Source: Blasia pusilla
Taxonomy: Eukaryota
Direction: 5' to 3'
NCBI GenBank assembly: GCA_050084515.1
Contig: CM114271.1
Coordinates: 13,888,001-13,952,000, forward strand
Length of the DNA stretch: 64,000 nt
Part shown: piece after piece, positions 52,001-64,000 of the stretch
Layout: each line of letters starts with the position of its first letter
Position numbering within the stretch: position 1 is the first letter of the stretch
Position numbers and translations under genes: made by a program
Notes under the pieces: model-generated
What the model saw: only the letters and a program-made list of their open reading frames with translations
The model's database searches: none
Told to the model about the DNA's origin: nothing

Positions 52001-52131
52001 CCGCTGATTGATTGAGACCCGAGTAATGTGAGTGTATGTTTGGATGGAGATCAGCGTGGAGAGTGTGTCCTATTGAACGCATGCTTCCGCAACAACAAAG
52101 ATTAACGTTCAAGGAGAGTAGGCATACGACA

Positions 52132-55100
52132 CATGTTTTGGGAGATGTTGCGAGTTCTTCAACACTTGCAAAATACCAAGAGATCTTCTCCAACCTACAT
52201 TTTGGAGAATGTCCCATTGTTAGATGACACAAGAGTCCAAGTGATGGCGAGTGTGCATCACGTGCGGTCGTGGATATGACTAGCGGTGATGTTGGATCGC
52301 GCGCACACCGTCCATAATTGTGATGGACAAACCTTTTACCATCCAAGTTTCTTAGATGGGCTTACGATGGAGTTTGGAGACCATTGCTACTTACATTGGG
52401 TGTGATCTCGGATCCATGGAGATTATGTCAAGCTGTTACTCATGATGATGTACCACCGTTAGCAATGACCAATCGAATTGGCCTGCAAAGGGCAACATCG
52501 ACTACATTGGTGAGTTTTCTATCATCTCATGTTTTTCATCATGGAGGATCATACATGATATGGGATGAGCACACACATACATTGGTGGAGATTGTTAAAG
52601 ATGAGTGTTGCAAATCTTATGGAGTTTCAAAGACTGTTTAGCATTAAGTATGCATGACTTATGTACGCTGGAGGGTATTCATATACGCCTATCTTCTGAC
52701 GATCCTACAAGTATTTCGATATGGAGCGAGCCTTGATTGAGAGTAGGAGTTCAGACCTAGTTGATGCTAGACTAGTGGAGAGATTGATTGGAGAGTGTGC
52801 ATTTATCATAGTTATGTTGGAGAAGAATGACATGCATAGCTAGTGGACCAATACGCAGATGTGTGGCGACTATCGTCCTATCAATCAACATTTGAAGGCC
52901 AATTGCTACGTTATGCCTCATGTTATGGCTAATCTTGATCGAGGAGGTCTTTGATGCAATAGGGCATGCAAAGATCTTCAAAATCTTTTATCTCCATGCT
53001 TGATATCATCAATTACCCATCCAGAAAACGGAGAAGCCAATATTTTGGGGGATAGATCCTTTTGAGAAGGATTCCGTGTATCATTGGCGATTCTTACTGT
53101 TTGGGTTGAAGACCGCACCTACAAGTTTTTAGTGAGTAATTGAAGGGATTTTGGTTGGTTTGGTTTTTTTGAGATGTTATATTGACGATATTCTTGTCTT
53201 CAGTGCTAAGTTTGCGGAGCACGAGAGACATTTGGAGGAGATATTTTGATGATTGCAGTTACATGGGCTAAAGTTACATCCAAGAAAGTGCAAGTTCTAG
53301 TATGACCAGATTGAGTACCTTAGACATATACACACCATTTATCAAGGAAGTATTGGAGTCAACTGACAAAGGTGTAGGCCATAATGCGTTTAGGGTCGGG
53401 TTTGAGCTTTCATGGGATTGGTGAACTACTGCCGACGGTACGTGAAGGGCTTTAGTGCGATTGGGAAGATGATCAAGAGCGAGTATTTCGATAGCTCAAG
53501 GATAGGTTGACGTCCTCGCCCATTTTGAGGAGACATATGTATGGTCATCCATTCTAGTTACATATGGACTAGAGTATGTTGTGGTCAAGAGTAGTGCTTA
53601 CTCAAGGAGATGATGAGGGGAACAAGTTTGTAGTGGCATATACAAGCCGCTAAAACGACGTTGTTAAGGAAAATTACGATTCCTATGAGGGAGAATGCTT
53701 AGCAAGGTTACACAAAGAAAAAGTTCACGTTCGCGGACATGTCCATTTTTTTGTGGACCTAGATACCCGCAGCCTGTAGTGCCCCGCACCCAAGCCCATC
53801 TCACCCGTTACGTAAATGTGGGCTCGGAAGCCCACACCCATTTTGTAGCTCGCACCGGCTCACCCTAAGCTGCAAGGTGGGCTCAAGCGTGTACATGGCC
53901 CACATCCAGGTCCAAACAAGGAAATCTCAAGGCCTACAACTAGTCCCATAAGACGGACCCATACCCGCGCAAGGCCCATAAGGCCTACTCCGCCTTGTGT
54001 GAGCTAAGCCGCAAGCCCTACGAGGACCTTGATCCCGCCCAATGCGGGTTGGTACGGGCTAGGCAAGGGCTTATAGAGTACATACCCATTCAATCACTGC
54101 CATGCCAAGCACATATCCGTTCCCACGTCCCAAGCGTGCGTCGGCCATCAGGGTGCCAAAAAAACCCGGCCAGGGGATTCGTTGGGCATGTTCGTTCTAT
54201 GGACGGACTTGTCCATTTTTGTGCAACCTTGGTGATTGGTTATAGTGTGGTTAGTGGCCCATTTCAGATATTATTTCTTTAGGAACCCTTTCATGCTCAT
54301 TATTGATCATCAACCACTTAGATGGTTGATGGAGTGTAACAAGCTTATAGGGAAGTTTTGTAGATTGGTACTATTGTTGAAGGAGTATGATTTTCAAGTT
54401 ATCCATCGCCTAGGTCATCTGAACCTAGATGCGTATGGGTTAAGCCATAGCCAATCAGATGCAACTAGAGGGCCATGGCATGTTGAGAGTGATGAGGAGA
54501 TGGTTTCGGGTTCATATGCATTTGTTTATTTGTGTCTTTTGGCTATGTCAGGTCAGCAGCAGGTATCCACTCCATGAGGGAGGTTGGATGGTGAGTCCTC
54601 AGATCTATATGATAATGAAGAGTCGATACGGACTTGAGACATCCATAAAAATGAGATGGTCTTAGAGTATCTATGTAATAGTGTCTTAGTGAGCACTGTG
54701 GATGCTAGAGAGCGCAAATGAGTCTTACAGTGAGTAAGGAGATTCATATGTGAAGAAACGCATGTGCTTCGAGTTTGGGAGGATGGAAAAGTGTAGACAG
54801 TAGTGCACTCTTTGTAGTGAGCACCAGTCATGAGACATGCTCACGAGGAGTTGGTTCATTTTGGAGTCAAGCATACATATAGCTTGCTTTAGATTAAGCA
54901 TTGTTTGCATGGTATGTAGATTATTGTTCAATAGTCCGTAGTCAGATGCATATGAGTGATAGGATGTGGGCATCGTTCAACACTCCGACACCACACTTGC
55001 ATCCTTCATTGATCATAGAATTAGGATATCTCTAAAGTTTAGACTTCACAAGGCCTTTATCGTTGACGGGGTGCCATAGTCGATACTTGTTGGTCATGGG

Positions 55101-55996
55101 GGAGCCCTTTTCCAAGTGGATTGAGTTGGTAGCGTTGCGGGAATGTAATAACTTTGTGCTCCAATGCTGAACTTACGCACTGTTTCTTCCATAGAGTACA
55201 CAACTTCCCAATCTACGTCAACTTACGCACCGACATGGAGCAATCTGCCCCCATACTCAAATTCTAACACAAATTGGGCAGCACTTCCACACGTCACTCT
55301 CTCACACAAAAGGTGTTGAACCTTGATAACCTTGATGTATGGATATGAGCATTTTTTCAGAGAGCTGAGTTGTCCCTGAGAGTGATGCCCATGGCATTTG
55401 AGAACTTGGAGATTACGTAACATTCGGATATGTTGAGGTATGCAACTATTCGGTGAGGTGGTCAATCCTACTATCCGGAGGTTTCATTAAGGAGACTATC
55501 TCTACTTGCAGCAAATGGTAGCCACAATGTTTGATGGGACCAGATGGCGCACCATCTTGAGAGTGTGTGAGGTTTTTCCATCTGGTATTTTCTTATTTGA
55601 GGGACACAATGGTATGGTTTGGAAGGCTATGCGCCATATCAACGTCCCAACATTGACAATATAATTGATCTGAGCTTAGCAGTAGTTCCTACAGGCTTGC
55701 AATGTATGTTGTGTGGTTCCGCCCGTGGTGCAGCCACTATGCTAGTCTGTGATGGATTTTCAAGAGGATGGCATATGGCATGTCTAACGCCACCTCTCAC
55801 AAGGGTTCGACGATGGATGTGCCTCACATGTACATAGAGTAGGTAGTTCTAGATTCTGACTTGTGTATGTGACATGGATGACAAGAAGGCGACTAGTGAT
55901 GGGACCACATGAGTATCCAACCTTTTTGCTCTTAGCATCCTAAAGATGCTTGTCATGGTAGATAGGAATAGATAGCATTCTGGAGTTAGAGGGACC
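52132..55996 (+). mobile_element. DNMT-Gypsy copy 4, heavily degraded (MTase C-half, RT, RNase H, INT, PHD, part of 3' UTR)
   Basis: Begins at FWEMLRVL...ILENVP. RT YIDD at about 53180; RNase H IIDHQPLRWL; PHD CMLC...WHMAC at 55700-55837. Confidence 0.85.
53703..54231. mobile_element. hAT-like MITE (529 bp) inserted in the RNase H of copy 4
   Basis: TIRs CAAGGTTACACAAA / TTTGTGCAACCTTG. Flanks ATGCTTAG and GTGATTGG both resemble the single family site GTGCTTGG, giving a degenerate 8-bp TSD. Confidence 0.7.
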
Positions 55997-58900
55997 TGTC
56001 ATATCTTTTAGGATAGATCAGCAAGATCTATTAGAGCGCCTTTGGAGATACAAGAGGACAGCCTCAGGAGGTCGAGGATGATCTGTTGAGGCCACGGGTT
56101 GTTGGTGTTTGCTATTTGTTGCAGGTTGGGGACGGTGCTCCCTGCTTCATGGCTCATGACAGTGCTCATGGGAGCATGAGCCATTCGTTTGATGTCATTT
56201 CTTGCTGATTTTTTGTACAAGAGAGTGGCGAACGGAAGCGCTACCCAAATTTTGGTAAATATTGCGTATGGGGGCGGGTTGCTATATTTTGGTGCTCTCG
56301 GGAGCACCATGTAGCTCTTTGATTTGTGTTTTCACTGGTTTTCAATTTTTGTTGGGAGAAATCAGTGCGGAAGCGCTGCCAAAATTTGTGTAGGAGAAGA
56401 GACATCCCCATTTGTTTTTGGTGGAAGATCAAATTGAGAAACTAATTTGACAAGGTAGTAGATTGAGAAGTCAGAAATGGTGCTCAAGTTCAGCATCAAA
56501 ACACGAAGTTGTGACAATTCTCGTGTCGTTGCCACAGCTGCCATTTCTTGTGAGTGAAATCTCAATGTTTCTTTGTAGTGACTCCTTTACTTGGGGTAGA
56601 AAGTAAACATCAATCATTTTTAGTGTACCTGACAAGTGAGGCTATCCCTTCGAGGTAGAGATGAAATGAAAAAGATATTTGAGGTGAGTTGATTTCAGAT
56701 TTTGGGAGGCATTAGCAAGCGTTCAAGCTTGGGGGGAGATTTGGGCGTATGACCCCTATTTAGAGGGGTCAATTGAGTAAAGGTTAAAAAAAAAAAATTT
56801 AATAGAAAAAAAGTAGTAAGGGAGAGACAAGATCCCAGCTTTTCAGCTCTGTTGCAACCCGGCCGAGAAGTCGTGCAACACTTTCCCGTATGCGAGGAAC
56901 CCTGCTTGCCGTCGTCGACGATTGAGTACCGTGTCGTGACGCCCATAGCCACAACGCGCCCCCAATGGCCGCACCGCACAGTCTTGATCGCAAAGCTGCA
57001 CCATCATTGGGAGCAGAGCGAGTGTTTTGTTGTTGAGAAGGGTATGCCACTGAGTGCCGCGTCCCATTACCGAGTGTCATGCTGGTTGTAGCCGTTCCGT
57101 GTCGCGAGTGCCGCACCGCCCCCCTAGACCCACACCGCACATCGAGGATATTTGAGGAGCATCAGTACCAGAGGAGTATGACTTGCTGATTAGACAAGTT
57201 GTCTTCACGACCGAGTTGGGGTCGAGATTTGCAGTTGCTGAGGAGCGACACAGACATTTATTCATGTTACCCATTCTGGTCTTTTTGCCCTGCACGTGTT
57301 AGGGAATTCCGCATATTGGGCAGTTATTTGGGGATATTGGATTTCGTGCAGATGCTAAGAGCATTGTTGAGGTATGCGTTTAGGAGAAGTAGACCTGTGT
57401 GGGATGTCCAAAGTTGACGGTATGTCTTGTTGATGGGATGATAGGACACTAATCTATTTTCCGCACCACGCCGCTTGTTGCTGCACATCATACGTCTCAG
57501 TGAGAGAGTGTAGATTGAGTGCCGCTTGTTTATTTTGAGTGATTGATTGATTACTACTGAGATTGAGAGTGATTGTGTGAGAGGGGCACAAGGGTCATCA
57601 TGGGGTCCTTCCGGGACTTTGAGAGGCGAGGTGATGGACCTGAGATTAGCTCTAGAGGTTTTACGCGGAGTGGAGCGAGGTTTTGAGGGTCTCCACGTGA
57701 CAGATCACCTCGATCTCCTTCTGTGTCATCTTTAGACAAGGGGGAGAGTGTAGAGGAGTTTTTTGGTGCATCATCGCACATAGTGAGTGGTCCTGTCGCC
57801 TGGGAGTAAGAGATGGACGACCGGGGTAGAGGATTGTGTAGATTTCTGGGTGCTATAGGCACTATAGAGCTACACGACTTCATTGCGGAGTTTAGGAGTT
57901 GGTGTGACTCACAATGGGCTAGGAACTCTAGAGAGTTCAACTTGTTTATAGCATGGAACGGAATGTTCCAGCATTTAGAGGGAGCGCCCATGGACAATTA
58001 CCATGAGTTCTCCCATAGATATGCCCAAGAGATTGAGGCATGGAGAATCTACTATGACCCACACTATGTGTCATGGACGGAGCCGTTCCTTGATGAGGAG
58101 GAGGAGTCAAGAGAGGCTACTTCCTCTTCCACCAGTGATGTTTTAGGAGGGGTAATTTGAATTGGAGCAGTTTCATCGTCGAGTCAAGTGCGTCCCAGGT
58201 TTTAACCCCATAGTTGAATTCTTTGTTGAGTTGAGGACGAGCTACCAAGGGGTACGAACTGAGAATTTACAGAGCATCCACGACTTTCAGAGGCGCCCGT
58301 GTGAGAGTTTGCGTGAGGCCTACACCTGCTTGCGCCGATTGATTAATGTCACTCAGGGGGTGACAGAGTCCCAGGCTATCCAGTCATGGTACGCGATGTT
58401 GGACCAAACCCTACGGACACGGATGCGGGAGGGGGTGCTTCTAATGAACACCTTACCCACATTGAGAGATGTTTTTAGGACCGCCAAGAACATTGAGCGC
58501 AACAGGGCAGAGGAGAGCATAGCCACCATGAGTTCTAGGCATCACGATTACTTGCACCACCAGTGCAACATTATGGATTCCGAGATAGGTCTATGGTACC
58601 ACAAGCTCATGGAGGATACCGGGAGGCCGTACCATAGAGACCTGTGCCTTCATATGCGACTCAGCAATAGCAACCTCCTGCAATTATTTGTTGGGCATAT
58701 GGTGGAGCCCATCACCAGCGTGATTGCACCCATTAGGATCATGGACGCATGCCTCAGCATGGAGGAGGAGATGGTGCTGCACTTGGAGGTTATCACTGTG
58801 ACTATTGTCAAAGGTACGGTCACAAATGCAGCCAGGATGGTGCATTATACACCGCTATTTTCTACTTCCGATGTTATGACGTTGGGAGGTACGCCCGCCG

Positions 58901-61900
58901 AGGTTTTTTTGCTAGCCGCTATGCTATCTGGGCATGATGATGGTGTTCCTCCCTCACATTCAGAGGTGATTGCAGAGGAGGTGATGGACCTGCCCCTGGA
59001 GCCGATGCTTGGGCCGTTCACCTCATATCCATGGCAAGTTGTGGCAGCTAGGATGGCAAAGATGCCCGCTAGACCCGCGATAGAGCGTGCCATGGCTTCT
59101 CCTAGTGTTGTGTTGCTGGATAATCGGGGAGAGGTGTTCTAGTTGGTGAGTCCACGAGGTAGAGGTTTTAGTCCGTAGTGTGTCCTGTTGGATTCGGGAG
59201 CGCAACCCCTGATGTTGGGGAAAGCGGCATTCAGAGGATTGGGCTTGACGACAGCGATGTGGAGCATTGTCCATTCAGGATACATACATCCTTGGGTGGA
59301 GCGAGTACCATAGAGTTTATCACCCGATAAGAGCTTGTGGTGAGGATTCGTCCAAGACATCCTACAGATGAGTCGTGGTGCGAGCCAAGGCCATCGTGAC
59401 TGATGTAGAGTCCTATGATGTCTTGGTTGGTGGAGCAATGTTGTACCTCATCGGGTTTTCCCTGGATTACTGGGTGGAGTCAGTGTTCTACACACCAGGA
59501 TGGCAATCCGATGATGGACAACTTTGTTCATTACCCGTTCGATTCACACGTGGAGTTATTGAGCAACGGCCAGGAGAGATAACGACTTTAGCAGCATTTA
59601 GCAGTACCATCAAGTGGCCATCTCATTTGATTGAGAGGCATGTCCATTTAGAGGACACCCCGGCGCCTGACACCTCTAGTAAGAGGAGTGCTCTGGTAGC
59701 CGCATCATTCCATGGAGGAGAGGTGCCGTTGTGGGGCTCGAGTGAGGAGCTCCAACGTTTATCTGATGAGCATGTGCACACAGCGTGGAGTGAGGCATTT
59801 GCACTAGAGCATGACGGGTCAAAGGAACCGGAGGTAGCCAGGAGTGCTACCATGACCCCTTTGGACACCACACCGTTTTTGTGGCCCATCCCAGAGTAGG
59901 GTATTTGCGTGTTGGATCTCTTTGGAGAGATCACCACTGGCTTAGCTGTTGTTTTGCAGGTGGAGTGCACGTGCAATAGAACCTGAACGTTGAAATTGAT
60001 GATGTTGCGAGGCGCGCTTCACTTCACCATATGGCGCAGTTACGCCTCCAATTACCCAACTTGTTGTCGGGGTCTGCCATCCAAGATTCCAGGGGTACTA
60101 GGGTTTCCTACCAACGGACATTTCATTGTTGGGGGTGCAGGACTTGGAACGGGTATAGACCATAGACTTGGTCATTGCTGGTTGGCCGTGTCAGGGCCAA
60201 TCGAATGTTGGACGAGGTAGCGGATTAGCTGGCACTCGATCTAGGTTATTTTGGGAGATGAAGCAGAGCTTGCAATCCCTACAAGAGCATCAATCCCGTT
60301 CTCTAGCGTACATTCTTGAGAATGGGCCGATTTTGGGCGATTCCAGGTCGTGCATGGTGACAAGTGCATATCAGGTACGTGCATGGATTGGCCTGGCAGT
60401 ATTTTTGGATGCGTCGAGTGTAGGTTCACGAGCATCTTTGGTGGACCAACTCGGTGCCACATGCGGTGTTGCGGAGGGCGTATGCAAGAGTGGAGCGCCT
60501 CTCCCATTTTTTGGTGGATTCTATTATGGATCTAGGTCCTCGATCACAGGCAGTACGGCATAATGATTGACCTCCGTTGATTGTGATCAATAGGATTGGC
60601 ATGCCACGAGCAGTCTTTCCCACATTGGTGAGTTTTCCCAATTCTTATGCAATCAAGAAGGTCAGGCTTGGCTTGGTTTGGGATGACCAAGTACAGCGGT
60701 TGGTGGAGCCCAACGCCGATAAGCAAGAGCGAGCGATGGGATTACCCACGTGAGTGACGATAGTACCGTCACTATCAGAGGCATCACGACGATTGGTCCT
60801 CGGTCACGCGATGGACTTGAACTGCTTGACATGGATTTTCAGGTAAGAAGTCGCTAAGTAGCATCATTTGAAGTTGCGACAAATTACAGCTGTTGCGTTG
60901 GTGAGCCCCATGCCTACCGAGATAGTTGAAGCAGTGGCTGGGGGCGAGACCTGAGAAGATCGACATACTAGGGATGATTGGGAGAGACACCCTTGGACTT
61001 CTTGGGACGTTTTGCAGGTACGCCAGGAGATGATAGCCACAACATCAAGCATGGTTCCGGGTACTACACGTAGAGGAGATCAGAGTCCGCAGTTGGTTGC
61101 ATGGGAGCAATTGAGTTTTGTTGTCCGAGACGGGTTTCACCATGGCAACCACCGATATCCGCGTCGGAGAGTCCTACCGTAGTCACGATGGAGACTTGGG
61201 AGCCAAGTATGGGTCCTAAGTTGACAGGAGGAGAGTGGCGCCGGATACATCAGTTCCTTAGGAGTTATAGGAGTTGTTTTGCATTTAGTATGCATGATTT
61301 GGGTACGTTGAAGGGTCCATGCATCCGCATTGATTTGTCGAGTGACACGTCGATCTTTCGACGATCCTACTTGTACAGTGATATGGAGAGGACTCTAATT
61401 CAGAGTAGCAGCCAGGACTTGGTTGGAGCAGGACTAGTGGAGATGTCACATGGAGAGTATGCATCTGTTATTGTCATGCCCGCCAAGAAGGATGTGCATG
61501 GCAACTGGACGGATAGGCGGATGTATGGAGATTACCGACCAATCAATCGGCAGACAAAGTCCAATAGGTATGCCATGCCTACCCCTGAGGAGATAGTATT
61601 TTTGATGCTATTGGGCGTGCAAAGGTCTTCAGTTTGTTAGATCTTCGAGCCGGATACCATCAACTACCTATCAGATTGGAGGACAGGCAGAAGATGTCAT
61701 TTTGGGGCATCGATCCTCACGAGAAGGATTGCTTGTACCAGTGGCGGTTCTTACCACTTGGGTTAAAGAACGCCCCCGCTGAGTTTCAAAGGGTCATGGA
61801 TAGGATCTTGGCAGGTCTGGATTTTGCTAGATGTTATATTGATGATATTGTCTTTAGCGCCACGGTTGAGGAGCATGAGCAACATCTAGAGGAGGTGTTT

Positions 61901-64000
61901 CAACGATTGCAGTTACATAGGTTGAAGCTACATCTAGGCAAGTGCAAGTTCTTCTACAACCAGATTGAGTATCAGGGTCATACCATGCATCCATGTGACT
62001 TTGGTGTGCAACAGACAAAGGTAGAGGCTATTTCATGCATTCCATTCCCTACAAATGTGAGTCAGGTTCGTGTATTCATGGGATTGGCTAACTTCTATCG
62101 ACGGTACGTCAAGGGTTCAGTAAGATTGCAAAGCCACTGACCTTGCTGACCAAGGTGGATCATGAGTGACACTAGGGGGATGAGCAGGAGAGAGCATTTC
62201 ATCTGCTCAAGGAGAGATTGACGTGCGCGCCCATATTGAGGAGACCGAGCAAGGAGCGTCCTTTCTAGTTGCATACCGATTGGAGCACGTTGGGGCTTGG
62301 AGCTGTGCTCACCCAACATGACAATGATGGTAGAGAGTTCATGGTGATTTACGCTAGTCACTCGAACAACACTATAGAGGTGAAGTATATCTTGTATGAG
62401 GGTGAGTGCTTGGGTGCAATGTGGGATGTTGCACATTTCAGGTATTATTTATTTGGCAATCCCTTTACCGTCATTACAAATCATCAACCACTTAAGTGGT
62501 TGATGGAGTCCAACAAGCTTACAAGAAAGCTTGCAAGATGTGCTCTGTTGTTGCAGGAGTATGATTTCCAGGTGGTGCATAGACTTGGGACGCTCAACCA
62601 AGATGCAAATGGGTTAAGCTGTACCCCATGCCCGAGTGAGCGAGATGCGACTGGAGCTCGTTGGCATAGTGAGAGTGATGAGGAGTTGCTGCCCAGATGC
62701 CACGCGTCAGCCTATTTGGGCTTGTTGGCTATAGAGAGCCAGATTTTTGAGACTTCGATGGCGAGGTGTGATGGAGAGTCCTTAGATCCACAGGCCGGTG
62801 AGGATCCGACAGGTAGCCGAGAAGTTCACGACGATGGAGTGGTCTTGGAGTACTTGCGTACTGGTAGTGTCATGAGCACAATGGGTGCTAGAGAGCGGGA
62901 TCCGATCCTATAGCGAGCCAGACAATTTCGGTGGGAGGAGACACATGTGTTGCAAGTCTGGGAGGATGGTAGAGTACGTGTAGTGCCTCATCCTTCACAA
63001 AGAGCATTTTTGGTGCGTGATGCCCACAAGGAGTTGGATCATTTTGGAGTGAAGCGGACATACAACTTGCTCCACAAACAGTATTGGTGGCGAGGCATGC
63101 AGAGTGATGTTCAACAGTTTGTTGCCATGGGCATGGTTTTTGATCGGGTCCGGACCTCGTTCAATGCTCCGACTCCAAAGTTGCATCCACTTCTCATCAT
63201 GGATTTAGGTTATAGATGGAGTTTGGATTTTTCATGACCTTTACCTTTGACGGAGCACCATAGTCTTTATGTGTTGGTGATGGTCGAGCACTTCTCAACG
63301 TGGATAGAGTTGGTTGCATTTCTTGACAAAGCGAGTGAGGGAGTAGTGTATGCCTTCGTAGATCGAGTGCTAAGTCATTACGGCACGCCAACCGAGGTGT
63401 TGACAGACCAGGGTACGGAGTTTCATGGGGATTTTTAGGCCTTGTGTGATTAGGCGTTGATCGACCACCGCACCACTTCGCGAGATCATCCTAAGGCAGA
63501 TGGACTAGCGGAGAAGGTTGTGCAGACGATGAAGAGAGGATTACGCAAGTATGGCTTGCAGAGAGGTCACCTAGGAGATTGGGACCTCCAATTGTCGTGG
63601 TTGGCGATGGGATACACATTCAACATGCAGGCATCCTTAGTGTCTTTCTCACCGTATTTGCTACTTTATGGACGAGAGTCGGATTTACCTGCAGCCATTC
63701 GTCGAGATGTTGGTGAGGTATTGAACCTTGATGACCCTGATGTATGGATGCGAGCATCTTCTCATAGGGTTGACTTGTTTCGAAGAGTGATGCCCATGGC
63801 GTTTGAGAACTTGGCGATTGCATTGCATCGGGATACGCTGAGGTATGCGACTATTCGAGGAGGTGGTTATCGACCTACTATCCGAAGGTTTCATCAAGGA
63901 GACTATATCTACTTGCAGCAGACGGCATCCATGACTTTGGATGTTACTCTAGGGCACACCATCTTGAGAGTGTGTGAGATTCTGCCATCTGGTGTTCTCT
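55997..64000 (+). mobile_element. DNMT-Gypsy copy 5, nested in the 3' UTR of copy 4; runs off the window end
   Basis: Starts TGTCATATCTTTTAGG right after ...TTAGAGGGACC. Gag 57660-58830, PR about 59185, MTase 59905-60870 (GWPCQ), RT 61300-62100, RNase H 62270-62620, INT 62900-64000. Confidence 0.92.

Larger units (their letters stand above)
37189..52131 (+). mobile_element. Chromodomain Ty3/Gypsy (chromovirus-like) remnant; gag/protease deleted; interrupted by DNMT-Gypsy copy 3
   Basis: LTR-like start TGTCGTATAG joined directly to RT (YPLPRIDDLFD, MPFGLCNA, YIDD) and RNase H (37860-38990). Integrase at 49506-50700 (TAFHPQTDG; HPTFHVSLLK). Chromodomain EVETIL...YLVKWKGY...TW ends at 50922. 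Ends ACGACA. No matching TSD. Confidence 0.85.

Overview
Eukaryotic, TE-dense plant-like DNA (probably a bryophyte or other non-seed land plant; host identity is inferred). There is one host gene, a 7-exon FHA + PIN domain gene of the PS1 (Parallel Spindle 1) type at 12058-15723. Almost everything else is nested, decayed transposons: a MULE/SWIM remnant, a PIF/Harbinger element, a CACTA end, a chromodomain Ty3/Gypsy, two solo-LTR-like inserts and a hAT-like MITE. The highlight is a Ty3/Gypsy-type family with five recognisable copies (3789-~7600, 18793-29674, 38995-49501, 52132-55996, 55997->64000). Its polyprotein reads Gag(CCHC) - protease - DNMT3-like C5 cytosine methyltransferase - RT - RNase H - DDE integrase - PHD finger. 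It makes 4-bp TSDs but has no normal LTR pair: its two ends differ, and the best copy has a split-direct-repeat layout (A1-internal-B1-A2-B2) with an internal right-end/left-end junction, an architecture I know only from tyrosine-recombinase retroelements. All copies here are inactivated by stops, deletions or insertions.
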